In this document: positions 51,744 through 61,647 of the stretch, piece after piece
Layout: the number at the start of each line of letters is the position of its first letter
How positions within the stretch are numbered: the first letter of the stretch is position 1
Source of the DNA: Nitrospirales bacterium
GTDB lineage: Bacteria; Nitrospirota; Nitrospiria; Nitrospirales; UBA8639
NCBI GenBank assembly: GCA_963555755.3
Contig: OY820905.2
Span: forward strand, 1,536,001 to 1,600,000
Direction of reading: 5' to 3'
Length of the DNA stretch: 64,000 bases
The notes under the pieces: generated by a model
The model's input: only the letters and a program-made list of their open reading frames with translations
What the model was told of the DNA's origin: nothing
Database searches by the model: none
Translations under genes and position numbers: made by a program

Positions 51744-54077
51744 TTACGTGTCCTCGATAATATGGAGGACGGCATCAAGTGGCCGGCGGAATGAACGATG
51801 CGTTGGCTCTTCGACCATCGCCAGCCGAAACAGCATGACTTCAGCCATGGCGTCGCTGACGGGGAATACCTTCTGGTAACGGAGGCGAAGCACGCGCAGT
51901 TCTTCCACCATGCCGGCACTGAACCCCTCACCATCCTTCCGTAGAAGTCGGGCGAAGAAATAGGGAAGCACCGTCATGGGCTGAAAGCCCATCTTACGAG
52001 TGGTCGCCGTAAGCCAGGCGCGTTCTATCGCACGACCACCATTGACGTAATCAATTTGTCGCGTGGAGGGCATGGTGACGAGCGCGACGGCACCGGCACC
52101 GGCAAGCCAGCGTTGCGACATGGTCTCGAGCGCACCGCCAACGCCCCACTGCTCTAATAAAGCAAGTGCATCAGGACGGTTTCGACAGAAATCAAAGCCT
52201 ACCACGTCCTGCGCTCTCATGCCCAACTCGTGAATCGAAAGGCCGTCTCCATGCTCCTGTGCGTCCTCCTGCGTCAGCCAGGTTTCGGCAAAGAGCCCTT
52301 GACGCATCGTTGGATTGAAAATACGCAAGCGATCCGCCGTACCCAGAAGCGCTCCCACCTCGGTTAACTCCTCCGGCAACGTGCAGATCTGGATATCTGC
52401 ACCAGGGATCGATTGAACGGCTCTCCTGATCGCGTCAAGGTCGGCCTGCGGTATCGGCCGCCGCGGACCTACGTTGCGATTGGTATGACGACGCGCCATC
52501 GCTTCATAAAGCCCGTTTTCGGTTTTCACTTCGGAAGAAGCATCGGGGGTTTGATGGAACTCAAAAGCTGCCACGACCTCCGGCAGATTCGGAGCAGGAA
52601 ACGGATGTATCCGAACACAGAAGCCCTCGTGGTGCGCGGCAAGTGTGAGATTCTCTGTCGCGGCACCGAGTCCCACCAGACTGCCCAAGTACTCGAAATC
52701 AAGGATCGGAGTGCTCCGTGTCCGATCGAGCGCCAATACGAGCCAGGGTGCCCGGTATACCCATAACCACGGCTGCGCGTTTCCGCCGGATGGCGCGGTG
52801 ACTGCCGCCTCTACCAAAAGCTTTACCGTCTCCCGTGTCAGCACGAGTGCCCCTTCGCGAACAGACAGCACCTCCCCACACTGCCTGCTCAGAGAGTCCG
52901 CCCAGTCAGGCGCTAACGTAATCCGGCTTTCCGCGTTAGGTTCATTTTGGGGAGAAAGAGGAACGTCTGACCCCATGATTATTGCTTCGGGGTCGGCAAA
53001 GTAACGACCCGAAGGCACATCCCCGTGAAGCGCCATGCGCCGCGAGAGAGATGCCGCGAGGGCCGCTTCGCCGAGTACCTCTGAGCCAAGCTGCGACACT
53101 CCCTTCACGCTCTGTTCGATCTCCATCAGAGAAGCCGCATGCCGTGGAGAGATCGTGTTGATCCCCAGAATCCCAAGCACAAATGGCAGCTTCTCTTCCA
53201 TGGTAAGCCCTCGCATCTCTTCGACCGACACGTCAGGGGCTAATCCGTGGAAAAGCGGACGATCCGGTTCAAGATCAAACCGTTCGCTGTCCACGAGCCA
53301 ACGATCGCTCGTCACCATCAGGACCGGGATTTGATGCGAGCGGGCCTTTTCCCGCACTAAGATTTTGATGTCCGGACTGTCGCACTCCTCAATGACCAGA
53401 TCGAGCTTTCCTCCTTCAAGGAAAAATGCCTCGACGTTCTCCTCTGTCACGCCTTCGGGAAAACAGGTCACCGAAAGGAACGGATCAAGTTCCGCAATCT
53501 CTCGGGCTGTCATCGCAGCCTTCGACAGACCGAGGTTATGGATACCCGTCCGGATGCGGTTCAAGTTCGAAAGCTCCAATTCGTCGAAGTCAGCGATCCG
53601 AAGCTCTCCACAGCCCCGCTCAAGAGCCAAGGAAAGAGCCACCGATTGACCCACCGAGAGTCCCACAACACCAACCCGCCACGAAGCCAGACGGCGCTGT
53701 TCATCTGGAGTAATTTTGTACTTGTTACGATCCGTCCGTAGCTCGACGAACTCGGCCTCGGGAAGAAGGTGGACCAAGCGACCACTCCAGGAGTAATAGA
53801 CCCATACCCCATACGCTTCGAGCGAGACCCCCTCGAGGTGTTCATCGATGAGCTGATGTGTCTTTTCAGCAGAGAGTGTCTGTCGGGGGTGACGCGTCGC
53901 CATCAAATCAGAGAGCTGGAGCGGCAGTGTGTCAAAGACCCAAACACGCGGGTCAGCTCGGAGTTCTCTGATGATCCGGGCATCTCCTTCCCTCTGCGGG
54001 TTTAAGAGTGTGGGCTTACCCACTTGATGTCCCTCCCGCGAGTCGAGGGAGCCTAATAACTCATGTGTACTGGTCAT
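51744..54077 (-). CDS. ThiF-nitroreductase didomain enzyme (Rv1355c/OxzB-like)
   Basis: WVYYSW, RTDRNKYKIT..EQ, GLSVG, ADFDELELSNLNR; APSGGNAQPW and RRHTNR nitroreductase motifs. Confidence 0.85.
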   Translation of the reverse strand: MTSTHELLGSLDSREGHQVGKPTLLNPQREGDARIIRELRADPRVWVFDTLPLQLSDLMATRHPRQTLSAEKTHQLIDEHLEGVSLEAYGVWVYYSWSGRLVHLLPEAEFVELRTDRNKYKITPDEQRRLASWRVGVVGLSVGQSVALSLALERGCGELRIADFDELELSNLNRIRTGIHNLGLSKAAMTAREIAELDPFLSVTCFPEGVTEENVEAFFLEGGKLDLVIEECDSPDIKILVREKARSHQIPVLMVTSDRWLVDSERFDLEPDRPLFHGLAPDVSVEEMRGLTMEEKLPFVLGILGINTISPRHAASLMEIEQSVKGVSQLGSEVLGEAALAASLSRRMALHGDVPSGRYFADPEAIIMGSDVPLSPQNEPNAESRITLAPDWADSLSRQCGEVLSVREGALVLTRETVKLLVEAAVTAPSGGNAQPWLWVYRAPWLVLALDRTRSTPILDFEYLGSLVGLGAATENLTLAAHHEGFCVRIHPFPAPNLPEVVAAFEFHQTPDASSEVKTENGLYEAMARRHTNRNVGPRRPIPQADLDAIRRAVQSIPGADIQICTLPEELTEVGALLGTADRLRIFNPTMRQGLFAETWLTQEDAQEHGDGLSIHELGMRAQDVVGFDFCRNRPDALALLEQWGVGGALETMSQRWLAGAGAVALVTMPSTRQIDYVNGGRAIERAWLTATTRKMGFQPMTVLPYFFARLLRKDGEGFSAGMVEELRVLRLRYQKVFPVSDAMAEVMLFRLAMVEEPTHRSFRRPLDAVLHIIEDT

Positions 54078-54151
54078 GGTGATACCCGTGTATTGTGTGT
54101 TTGCCAAACCACAACAGAAATTCCGTCCTCCTATTAGGACAAGTCGTTTGT

Positions 54152-54319
54152 CTAGGAGCCTGTCCGAGATTAGGCTGATCTACTACGAATGCGCTGGATT
54201 TGGCCAGATCTTTCGATCCTTTTCGTGTAATAGCCCAACTATTCGCCTTACACGATCGAAAAATCTGACTCAAACCAGCACCCCCTTGCGACGATCGCTA
54301 ATCTCGGACAGGCTCCTAG
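54152..54319. mobile_element. MITE family A, minimal copy without nested inserts (168 bp)
   Basis: CTAG-GAGCCTGTCCGAGATTAG...CTAATCTCGGACAGGCTC-CTAG, perfect inverted repeats. Confidence 0.9.
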
Positions 54320-54346
54320 GAGGTAATACACTGGAACTCGATGAAA

Positions 54347-55105
54347 TCACCCGGCCTTTCGACACCGAAATGTCAAATGGAGAGGTTTGTCTCGGAGCGG
54401 GCCAAAGAACTCGGGGGCGAGCCGCATATGCTCGTCGGTCACACCGAGTTCGCACAGTTCCGGAATGCTCGTGAAGCCGGCTCTGCCAAGACACTCGAAG
54501 TAGTCCTGGAGTGTCTTATGAACACACAAGACCTTGACACTGCCTCCACCCCGCATCCCCATCTTTCCTTCAAGGATGCGACCCCTGTCAGAAAAGTACC
54601 TTACGTCGCCTTGCCCAAAGAAAAGAGGAAGGACGCTCTCCGATATGAAGGGAAAAAACGGATGGGGAACGACAAAAACGAATCGGCCTTCCGGCCGCAG
54701 CATACCGTGAATGCGTCCCATGGCAGCCTGCATGTCTTCCGGGATAAGATTATTCAGACAAAAGACTGCCACGACTAGGTCAAACGAGGCGTCGGAGAAC
54801 TGCAACCGTGCCGCATCCCCGATCAGGTATTGAATCCCCCTCGGTGACACTTTTTCTCGTTCCTCCGCGCCACGGATCATGGCGCTCGATAGGTCCACGC
54901 CCACGACTTTTCCCGCGCCGCGCTCGTGCATGCGGCGCGTAAAGTAGCCTTCGCCGCAACCGACGTCGAGAACATCGGCTCCGTTAAGCGGTTCGCACCA
55001 TTCAAGAAGAAAGGGACGAGCCGTGAAATCGGAGAGAAGAGTTGGGTCTTCCCGACTCCAGTCCGCGCTCGTTCGATCATAGAGCTCACGCGACAATTCG
55101 GGCAT
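54347..55105 (-). CDS. Class I SAM-dependent methyltransferase
   Basis: VLDVGCGEG, GVDLS, FDLVVA, LRPEG motifs. Confidence 0.9.
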   Translation of the reverse strand: MPELSRELYDRTSADWSREDPTLLSDFTARPFLLEWCEPLNGADVLDVGCGEGYFTRRMHERGAGKVVGVDLSSAMIRGAEEREKVSPRGIQYLIGDAARLQFSDASFDLVVAVFCLNNLIPEDMQAAMGRIHGMLRPEGRFVFVVPHPFFPFISESVLPLFFGQGDVRYFSDRGRILEGKMGMRGGGSVKVLCVHKTLQDYFECLGRAGFTSIPELCELGVTDEHMRLAPEFFGPLRDKPLHLTFRCRKAG

Positions 55106-56675
55106 GATTTTTTCCCTCAGCTCGTAAGGATAGTGACAGTCCTCTGTTAAGTTCTCTCGTGAATCGCTCAACCTCCTGCTCTAATCCTGGGGCAGTTGGT
55201 GTTTTAGGGCTTGTGCAGCGTACAACCTGGAGACAATCACACCGTCCATGCTCAGTGTAATGCCAGGCGGGTAGGTAGGCCGTAATCTGGAAGCCAAGCT
55301 TCCGCATAGCGCGGACCAGTGCAACTTTGTCTGCAAGAACATAGGCGAAGACATGCTCCTTTTGGGGTGCCACGGAAAGCAACGCCGCAAGTCCCTCATC
55401 TGTAGCCTTGGCTCTTTCCTCTGACCCTAGGATGTGCACGATGTGAAGCGACTCCCCCTCAGCGGCGAGACGGTAGTCAATACGCCAGTTCCCGTCCATA
55501 GCATAATCCGTACCAGGCGGCCCGACGATCGGGGTGTTCGGATAGGCCCCAGTGATCGTTTCAAGCGAAAGTGGCTTAAGAATCTCATCCTTGACAAACG
55601 CTGCCCAGGGCAGTGTCTCTGCCGGTGCGATGCGTCGAGGGGTATGCTCAGGGTTCAGGGTGAAGCCTGCGAAGATGGCTTCCCTGGAACCATTATTCAC
55701 ATGCATTCCGCCATCATGCCCTCCAATAACCGTCGCACCCCTATTGGTGTTCTCAAAAATTGGAAGAAATGTATGGAGGACGTAGCCCATCACGATTTCA
55801 CAGTCTGGCCGGGCGTACAGAGAATCCATGCAGGCCACCCGCAAGTCCGACGAAATATGGCGGGCTCGATGTGCAGGATCGGTCGCAGTCCAGCTGCCGG
55901 CATCGAAGGTGGCCACTCCTAACTCCCTCGCCTGATCGAGAAGTGCCAGCCCAGCATATTCCTCCTCCATCTCAACGCGTTTTACACCGTAGAAGTAATC
56001 GACAAAATTGCCACTGAGGCGATAGCGTTGTGGAACTCCGGCTGGGAATTCGTCAATGGTCATGTAGGAAAAATTCAGAAGCCAATGGTAGAGTGGATTG
56101 TCGTTATCGTAGTCGTCCAAGAGCTGGTTGAAGACATGGGCCGCCTTGCGTGAATACAAGTCTTTGCGGTGGTAAACCGTTAAAGGAAGGGCGCACATCT
56201 TCGAATGCTCACCGGCGTAGTGTTCCGCGTGACCGTCGAGTAGCTGGTCCAGGCAGTTGTTCGCCTCGGCCAGGCGCATATAGGACATCGCGAGCCAGAA
56301 CAGACTGTTCTCAGACTGTTGGTGTTGGCCGTGATGTTCCTCCAGGTGTGCAACGGCTGCGACAAAATCACCGAGATGCCAGTACATCTTTCCCAATTCA
56401 AGAGGGTTGGGATCAGGCGAGCTTTGCAAATCTTCGAGTGCGGCGCGCAGATCTTTCACTTGCGCTGCTTCATTCCATTCAAACAGCGCAATATAGGAGG
56501 AGGTGTAGTACACCACGCGAAATTGATCAAGAAGCGAGGTCACTGATTCAAAGCGGACCATGGCCACCGGCAATTCAAAGAACAGATGAAAGCGGGCGAC
56601 TAATAACAACAGAATGAGCTCAATGCCACTGCCAATGAGAACGAACTTATTGCGAATCTTTTTTTTACCAAACAT
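55086..56675 (-). CDS. Chimeric ORF: CRTAC1-like N-terminal TPR region fused in-frame (about 55897) to the C-terminal part of the GNAT-like protein
   Basis: LFWLAMSYMRLAEANNCLDQLL matches the 47145 gene; C-terminus nearly identical to 61648-62289. Confidence 0.75.
   Translation of the reverse strand: MFGKKKIRNKFVLIGSGIELILLLLVARFHLFFELPVAMVRFESVTSLLDQFRVVYYTSSYIALFEWNEAAQVKDLRAALEDLQSSPDPNPLELGKMYWHLGDFVAAVAHLEEHHGQHQQSENSLFWLAMSYMRLAEANNCLDQLLDGHAEHYAGEHSKMCALPLTVYHRKDLYSRKAAHVFNQLLDDYDNDNPLYHWLLNFSYMTIDEFPAGVPQRYRLSGNFVDYFYGVKRVEMEEEYAGLALLDQARELGVATFDAGSWTATDPAHRARHISSDLRVACMDSLYARPDCEIVMGYVLHTFLPIFENTNRGATVIGGHDGGMHVNNGSREAIFAGFTLNPEHTPRRIAPAETLPWAAFVKDEILKPLSLETITGAYPNTPIVGPPGTDYAMDGNWRIDYRLAAEGESLHIVHILGSEERAKATDEGLAALLSVAPQKEHVFAYVLADKVALVRAMRKLGFQITAYLPAWHYTEHGRCDCLQVVRCTSPKTPTAPGLEQEVERFTRELNRGLSLSLRAEGKNHARIVA
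55141..55775. repeat. 635-bp near-identical direct repeat, partner at 61655-62289
   Basis: Direct comparison; one substitution noticed. Confidence 0.92.
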
Positions 56676-56687
56676 GACTAAGTAATT

Positions 56688-59402
56688 TCATTTATGTGCT
56701 CTCTTACAGTCTACGACTCCCATTTTCCGATCTACACACAGCGTTTCACGGCTAACAGGGCTTTCTAAACTGATTATCTGTCGAGCATCCTTTTGATTAC
56801 CAGAAGGCCAAACTACTTCCAGATCTTTCAACGGTTCTTTCCCCAAACCTATCAACATGTCGCCGGCGTAGCTGGAAAAACTAATGCCGCCGACAGTATA
56901 ACGCCGCATAATACTGCCATTAACAATGACTTTGGCACCTACGGCATAATGGTTATTCGACTCAATGTCGAGCAATCTCAATTTCACCCAGTGCGCTTTA
57001 TCCTCATCTGCTACTCCTCCATTGATGTACAGGAACGTCCTTCCTGCTTCCAAACTTCTCGGTGGTTTCACTATCTTATTCGGAGCCGGAACGGCCATCG
57101 TGAGCGGGCCGACTTTTATTTTCATATTTTTTGCGTTTGGTGATAAAGAGTCATAACCTGCTTTATGACGCACTAACAAATCGGCGTATCCGTCATTGTT
57201 CAAGTCAGCTGACACCATTCCCACAGCGGCTTCATGCATTCTGAAAATGTCGTGAATTTGACTTGTCTCGGATGCGTATAATCCCACCCCTGAAATAGCA
57301 TCCATATCCTCCACAGTGACATAGTCCCGTTTGTGCCACCCAGTACCAGGAGAGGGGCGTCTTGGGGGAACATGGTCATAATCCATGAGATCGATATCTA
57401 AAACCCGATAGTCGATAGTCTTGTCCCTAAAATTAAATTCATTAACCACGCTTTCATTTATCAACAGGCGTCCCGGCCCCCCCAATTGATCACCGGCGCC
57501 GCCGTCGTTTCCCCGCGCTAACGCTCCTGCTAGGTAAATATCTAAATCACCATCATTTTCAACATCAAAAAATACCGGCCCCCAGGCAAACTCCAGACCT
57601 GTGATACTACTTCCCATGTTGTCTCGGTGGTACACATGACGTAACTGCGGGATCACGTTATTCACGTTCGTCATGTCCGGCGGAATCACAGAGTGCTCTA
57701 TTTTCGTTGCGCTCGTTTTCTCTTTCAGCACACCATCTGAGAAACTCATGAACGCATGCGAAAGATGAGACTTATTATCTTTGGCATTCGAACCTGAGAT
57801 ACTACCTAATGCCTCAGTGGGATCTCCATTTTGCTTAAAGGTCATTGCAACATAGCGAAGCGAAATAAACTGGCTACCACAACTTGTCACCAGTACTTCA
57901 TCTGACAAGTCCCCATCTAAGTCAGCGGTTTGAATTCCCATCCAGCAACCATTCCAGTATTCTTCGTCGTAGGTTTTTATTCTTTCAAATGACTGACCTT
58001 GGATATTCTTATAGACTCGCAGGCGATTACCAACATCATTCGCCACAATCAGATCGGGCCATAGGTCGTCATTCCAGTCGACAAGCTGTGCGGCCCAAGA
58101 GTGATCAGCAACTTCTCCGACCAGCTTCCCCCCTACGCGTTGCTCCCCAATCTCAACGGATCCCCCTAGTCGATCGAAATACACCGATGAGGGTAACCCT
58201 TCTTCTTTATGGAGGCCCGCAACGCCATAGTCGAGAGCAGACTCTTTAAAGGTTAACTCCCCCGTCTCAGCGAGTTGGTTGAGATAAAGTTGATTTCTAT
58301 TTCCGGCAAACCGTGACATGCTAAAACCGTGAAAGTCTGCGTCAAGGAAATTAGCAACATAAATATCAATGTCACCATCTCTATCAATGTCAGCAACAGT
58401 TACCCCAACGGAATCCCAGTGCCCCCCGACATTAGCTGCCTCTGTTACATCCTGCCACTCAGGGATGCCATCTAGATCCAAATCACCTAGGTTTAGCAAT
58501 AGTGTGTTACGCCCCTCACGCTCCTCCTTTTCCCCTAAAGAAAGTGTCACTGTCAGGCCATCTTCTTCCCCTGCGGCCATAAAGGAAGGGACTTTAATTA
58601 AATAAGCTTCATTGTCGTTAGCATCTCTACCGATATTGTCGGCTAGAGGATACAGGCGAAAGGCAGTTTCGTCACTCTGAGCATTTTGACCGTAGTGTCC
58701 ATTGACAATGTAGAGGTCCAACTTGCCATCACCATTGAAATCTGCAGCGACGGCCCCATTGTTCTGCCGACTAGTCAATTCATGACCGCCGACGGGATAG
58801 GTATGATTTCGAGGACGAAAACTATCTTCGATCGCCAGTTCTTTACCCGCGCAGTTAAAATCTTCTTGCTTCGCAATTAAATCCTGAACACTGTTATAAA
58901 CAGGATTTCCCTGCTCGTCATTTCCCTGATTGAGCATCAGAGTAGAGGGATGGCTTTTAATTGGCTGAGTGGTAGAAATAACCCCTTCCTTTGACATGGC
59001 CCTTCCGATAAGGCGCCCAAACTCAGGCATATAGAGATCTAATCTGCCGTCACCATTGGCATCAAACACGGTGACACCTACAGGATAGATAATCTGATTA
59101 GATTCACCCCAGCGCCCCAAACTACGCCCTATTTCATGAAAGGGAGTGATTGCTGACTTTACACCACTCGCCTTAGAAGCAACATTTTCCGCGAGTGGAA
59201 TATCTGCACTCTCATTAGTTCCCGCCAGCAGCGTTTTCTCACATCGCTCCTGAATTTTTGCCTTTTGAACATCGGTCAACACGACAGGCACTTCCGATGG
59301 ATCGATCTCAAATGAGGCATCGCGCGCGGCCCAAAACCAGCCTATCACAGCTATCAGAATAACGAACGCAGAGAACAATGGTATTTTTAACTTCTTTAAC
59401 AA
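56688..59402 (-). CDS. Membrane-anchored FG-GAP/VCBS + ASPIC/UnbV protein
   Basis: DANGDGRLD, DFNGDGKLD, DIDRDGDID, DWNDDLWPD repeats; C-terminal HWVKLRL...AVGAKV...IGLG..WPSG. Confidence 0.85.
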   Translation of the reverse strand: MLKKLKIPLFSAFVILIAVIGWFWAARDASFEIDPSEVPVVLTDVQKAKIQERCEKTLLAGTNESADIPLAENVASKASGVKSAITPFHEIGRSLGRWGESNQIIYPVGVTVFDANGDGRLDLYMPEFGRLIGRAMSKEGVISTTQPIKSHPSTLMLNQGNDEQGNPVYNSVQDLIAKQEDFNCAGKELAIEDSFRPRNHTYPVGGHELTSRQNNGAVAADFNGDGKLDLYIVNGHYGQNAQSDETAFRLYPLADNIGRDANDNEAYLIKVPSFMAAGEEDGLTVTLSLGEKEEREGRNTLLLNLGDLDLDGIPEWQDVTEAANVGGHWDSVGVTVADIDRDGDIDIYVANFLDADFHGFSMSRFAGNRNQLYLNQLAETGELTFKESALDYGVAGLHKEEGLPSSVYFDRLGGSVEIGEQRVGGKLVGEVADHSWAAQLVDWNDDLWPDLIVANDVGNRLRVYKNIQGQSFERIKTYDEEYWNGCWMGIQTADLDGDLSDEVLVTSCGSQFISLRYVAMTFKQNGDPTEALGSISGSNAKDNKSHLSHAFMSFSDGVLKEKTSATKIEHSVIPPDMTNVNNVIPQLRHVYHRDNMGSSITGLEFAWGPVFFDVENDGDLDIYLAGALARGNDGGAGDQLGGPGRLLINESVVNEFNFRDKTIDYRVLDIDLMDYDHVPPRRPSPGTGWHKRDYVTVEDMDAISGVGLYASETSQIHDIFRMHEAAVGMVSADLNNDGYADLLVRHKAGYDSLSPNAKNMKIKVGPLTMAVPAPNKIVKPPRSLEAGRTFLYINGGVADEDKAHWVKLRLLDIESNNHYAVGAKVIVNGSIMRRYTVGGISFSSYAGDMLIGLGKEPLKDLEVVWPSGNQKDARQIISLESPVSRETLCVDRKMGVVDCKRAHK

Positions 59403-59425
59403 AGTGATTACTCTACCTCTGCCTA

Positions 59426-61120
59426 CTACAAGATGTTGTTATCAATATACCCACGAAACAACGGAGTTCGATAAGTCTTGCTTACTTCCTTTATTTTTGT
59501 GGCTAGCCCTGCATCAAGCGCCACCTCTAACTCTAGCAGATCTGTAATACGCTCATAAGAAACTAGTGTAATGCGCAAGAATACCTTTCCGTCTCTCTCT
59601 ACAGGCCGAAGATATACTTGCTCCATTCCAAATTCATGGTTATTCACTCCATAAAACTTCCCCTCCTTATGATGGGTAAGATAAGCGTAGTGTGGTTTTG
59701 GGCCTTCGGACATTCGCAGATAACGACGTTCGATATTTTCCGACGCAGATAAAACACCAACACCAAAAGCCGGAATGGCGTAATCCTCCTGGAAAACGAG
59801 TAGTGATAAGGGAATATTACCAAGAACGATGGCACGAGATTCATCACTCGAGTAAATAACCAGTTCAAGACTTTCGAGATCATTGTACTTAGACTCATTG
59901 TTCTCATAGGAAGTTAACGGTGATACTCCCTTTATCGTCACTCGATTCCAATTCGGATCGTAAATCACTGGCTCAATCTTCGTAGATGAGTAGACACCCG
60001 GGGGAACAAACGCAATTAATTCAAAAGTATCCCCTGCTTTTAACTCACTAAATTCTTTTGCTTCAAACTCTTCACCATCACGGGTAATAGTAAAAAAGTT
60101 TTTCTGTGTTTTACGTCGAGAATCTTGAGAAGAGTAGCTTCCAATTTTCTTACCATCAGCAAGCTGTAGCTTGGAATCTTGAATAATACCTTTACTTTTT
60201 CGCAGAGTGTCAAGATCAAGCAAGACCGCTATCCCCGTCTTATATTTTAGGATTTTTAAAAGATCCCAATCAGTAGTCACAATGTTATTGTTTGCCCGTA
60301 TCGCATCGAAATAAATATCTCTTGGTAAATCAACCCAACCATGAAACATCTCTCCCACAGAGTCTTTCGCATTTATTTCCCAAAGCCCCGGTGAAAGACA
60401 ATTATTGGTAATGCTCATCCTTGTTGGTAAAATCCCACTATTTGGCAGAATTTCATTGTCTTGAAAGAGGTATTCCCCACCCTTATTGAAGACTCCCTCG
60501 GTCGCCCAAAACGAACCAAAATGCTTATTATTTTCTTGATAGCTTAGAGTAAGACCGACACGAGCGTATTCTGCCAACATCAAGTTATAGGCATCGAATT
60601 CTGTTATCTCTTGAGAAATATTATACGGTAGCAATGGGGTTAAAAACCTGCTATCAATCTCTTTATAGAAAACCTTTTTTGCATTTTCTTTTTTACCATC
60701 TGTAAGTGTAAAATTAAACAACTTGCTTTTCGGACTAAAGTCAACTATCACATTATCAAGACTATTTAGAACAGAATGATAGCGATTAAGAGACTGAGTA
60801 TTGCCCGTCAGTGGCTGACCACTATCTAGAGTATATTCTTTTTTGTAATCCACTTTTATCGGAAGATTACTCTCCACAATCATGACTAGGCTTGAGCCAA
60901 AATTAACAATCAGTAGGACCATCACGACGATCGCTATCAAGACATTAAATATCACTATTTTATTTCTTGCCAATATTTCCTTGATATCAAACGACTCATT
61001 TTTTGATATAAACTTACTCATCACATTAGAGTTCTTATTTAAGACCGAATCGATCATTTGTTGCCACATCATGATGCTGTCAGCTTTGTCTCGTTTGAAA
61101 ATACAGTAACTTCTGCCCAC
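59426..61120 (-). CDS. Hypothetical membrane-anchored protein (AT-rich; start uncertain)
   Basis: 564-aa ORF with one N-terminal TM segment; no recognised motif. Confidence 0.7.
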   Translation of the reverse strand: MGRSYCIFKRDKADSIMMWQQMIDSVLNKNSNVMSKFISKNESFDIKEILARNKIVIFNVLIAIVVMVLLIVNFGSSLVMIVESNLPIKVDYKKEYTLDSGQPLTGNTQSLNRYHSVLNSLDNVIVDFSPKSKLFNFTLTDGKKENAKKVFYKEIDSRFLTPLLPYNISQEITEFDAYNLMLAEYARVGLTLSYQENNKHFGSFWATEGVFNKGGEYLFQDNEILPNSGILPTRMSITNNCLSPGLWEINAKDSVGEMFHGWVDLPRDIYFDAIRANNNIVTTDWDLLKILKYKTGIAVLLDLDTLRKSKGIIQDSKLQLADGKKIGSYSSQDSRRKTQKNFFTITRDGEEFEAKEFSELKAGDTFELIAFVPPGVYSSTKIEPVIYDPNWNRVTIKGVSPLTSYENNESKYNDLESLELVIYSSDESRAIVLGNIPLSLLVFQEDYAIPAFGVGVLSASENIERRYLRMSEGPKPHYAYLTHHKEGKFYGVNNHEFGMEQVYLRPVERDGKVFLRITLVSYERITDLLELEVALDAGLATKIKEVSKTYRTPLFRGYIDNNIL

Positions 61121-61557
61121 ATTCTCTTCCGAGCAACGACTTGTCCTTTAGCTTGATCTAGCGTGTGGGTTTGCCTGAGTTCCGCGCTGTAGTGAAGTGC
61201 TTGTGTTGCCCCCGGCCACATCACTTCAATGTCCTCGATGCGAACCGCATCGCCTAAGCCTATATGGGCTACATAGGGAGCGCTGCCGAAAGAGGTCTTG
61301 TTACTCATGTGATAGAAGCGTTCAAATCTATTACCTTTTGATCCCATGGCAATCACTCGAATTTGAGCGCCAATTCCAGAGCGATTGTTCTCGCGCCCCA
61401 GTAGCCGGAGCTTGATCCAAACATTTGATCGGAGTTCTCCGATGATCCGGACATCTTCTTCCCTCTGCAGGTTTAAAAGTGCGGGCTTACACACTTGATC
61501 GACCGCCCGTGAGTCTAGTGAGCCTAGGAAATCATGTGTATTTATCATAAGGGACAC
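61069..61557 (-). pseudogene. Chimera of an Rv1355c-like N-terminus and an ASPIC/UnbV C-terminal domain
   Basis: THDFLGSLDSR...KPALLNLQREEDVRIIGELRS matches the 54077 gene start; NVWIKLRLLG...FGSAPY matches the 47145 gene end. Confidence 0.75.
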
Positions 61558-61647
61558 CTGCGTCTTGTGTGTGTGTCAAACAACAACAGAAATCCTCTCC
61601 TCACCCAGTTCGCACCATTTCCCCCCTCATCTCTCTCGTACAGATCT

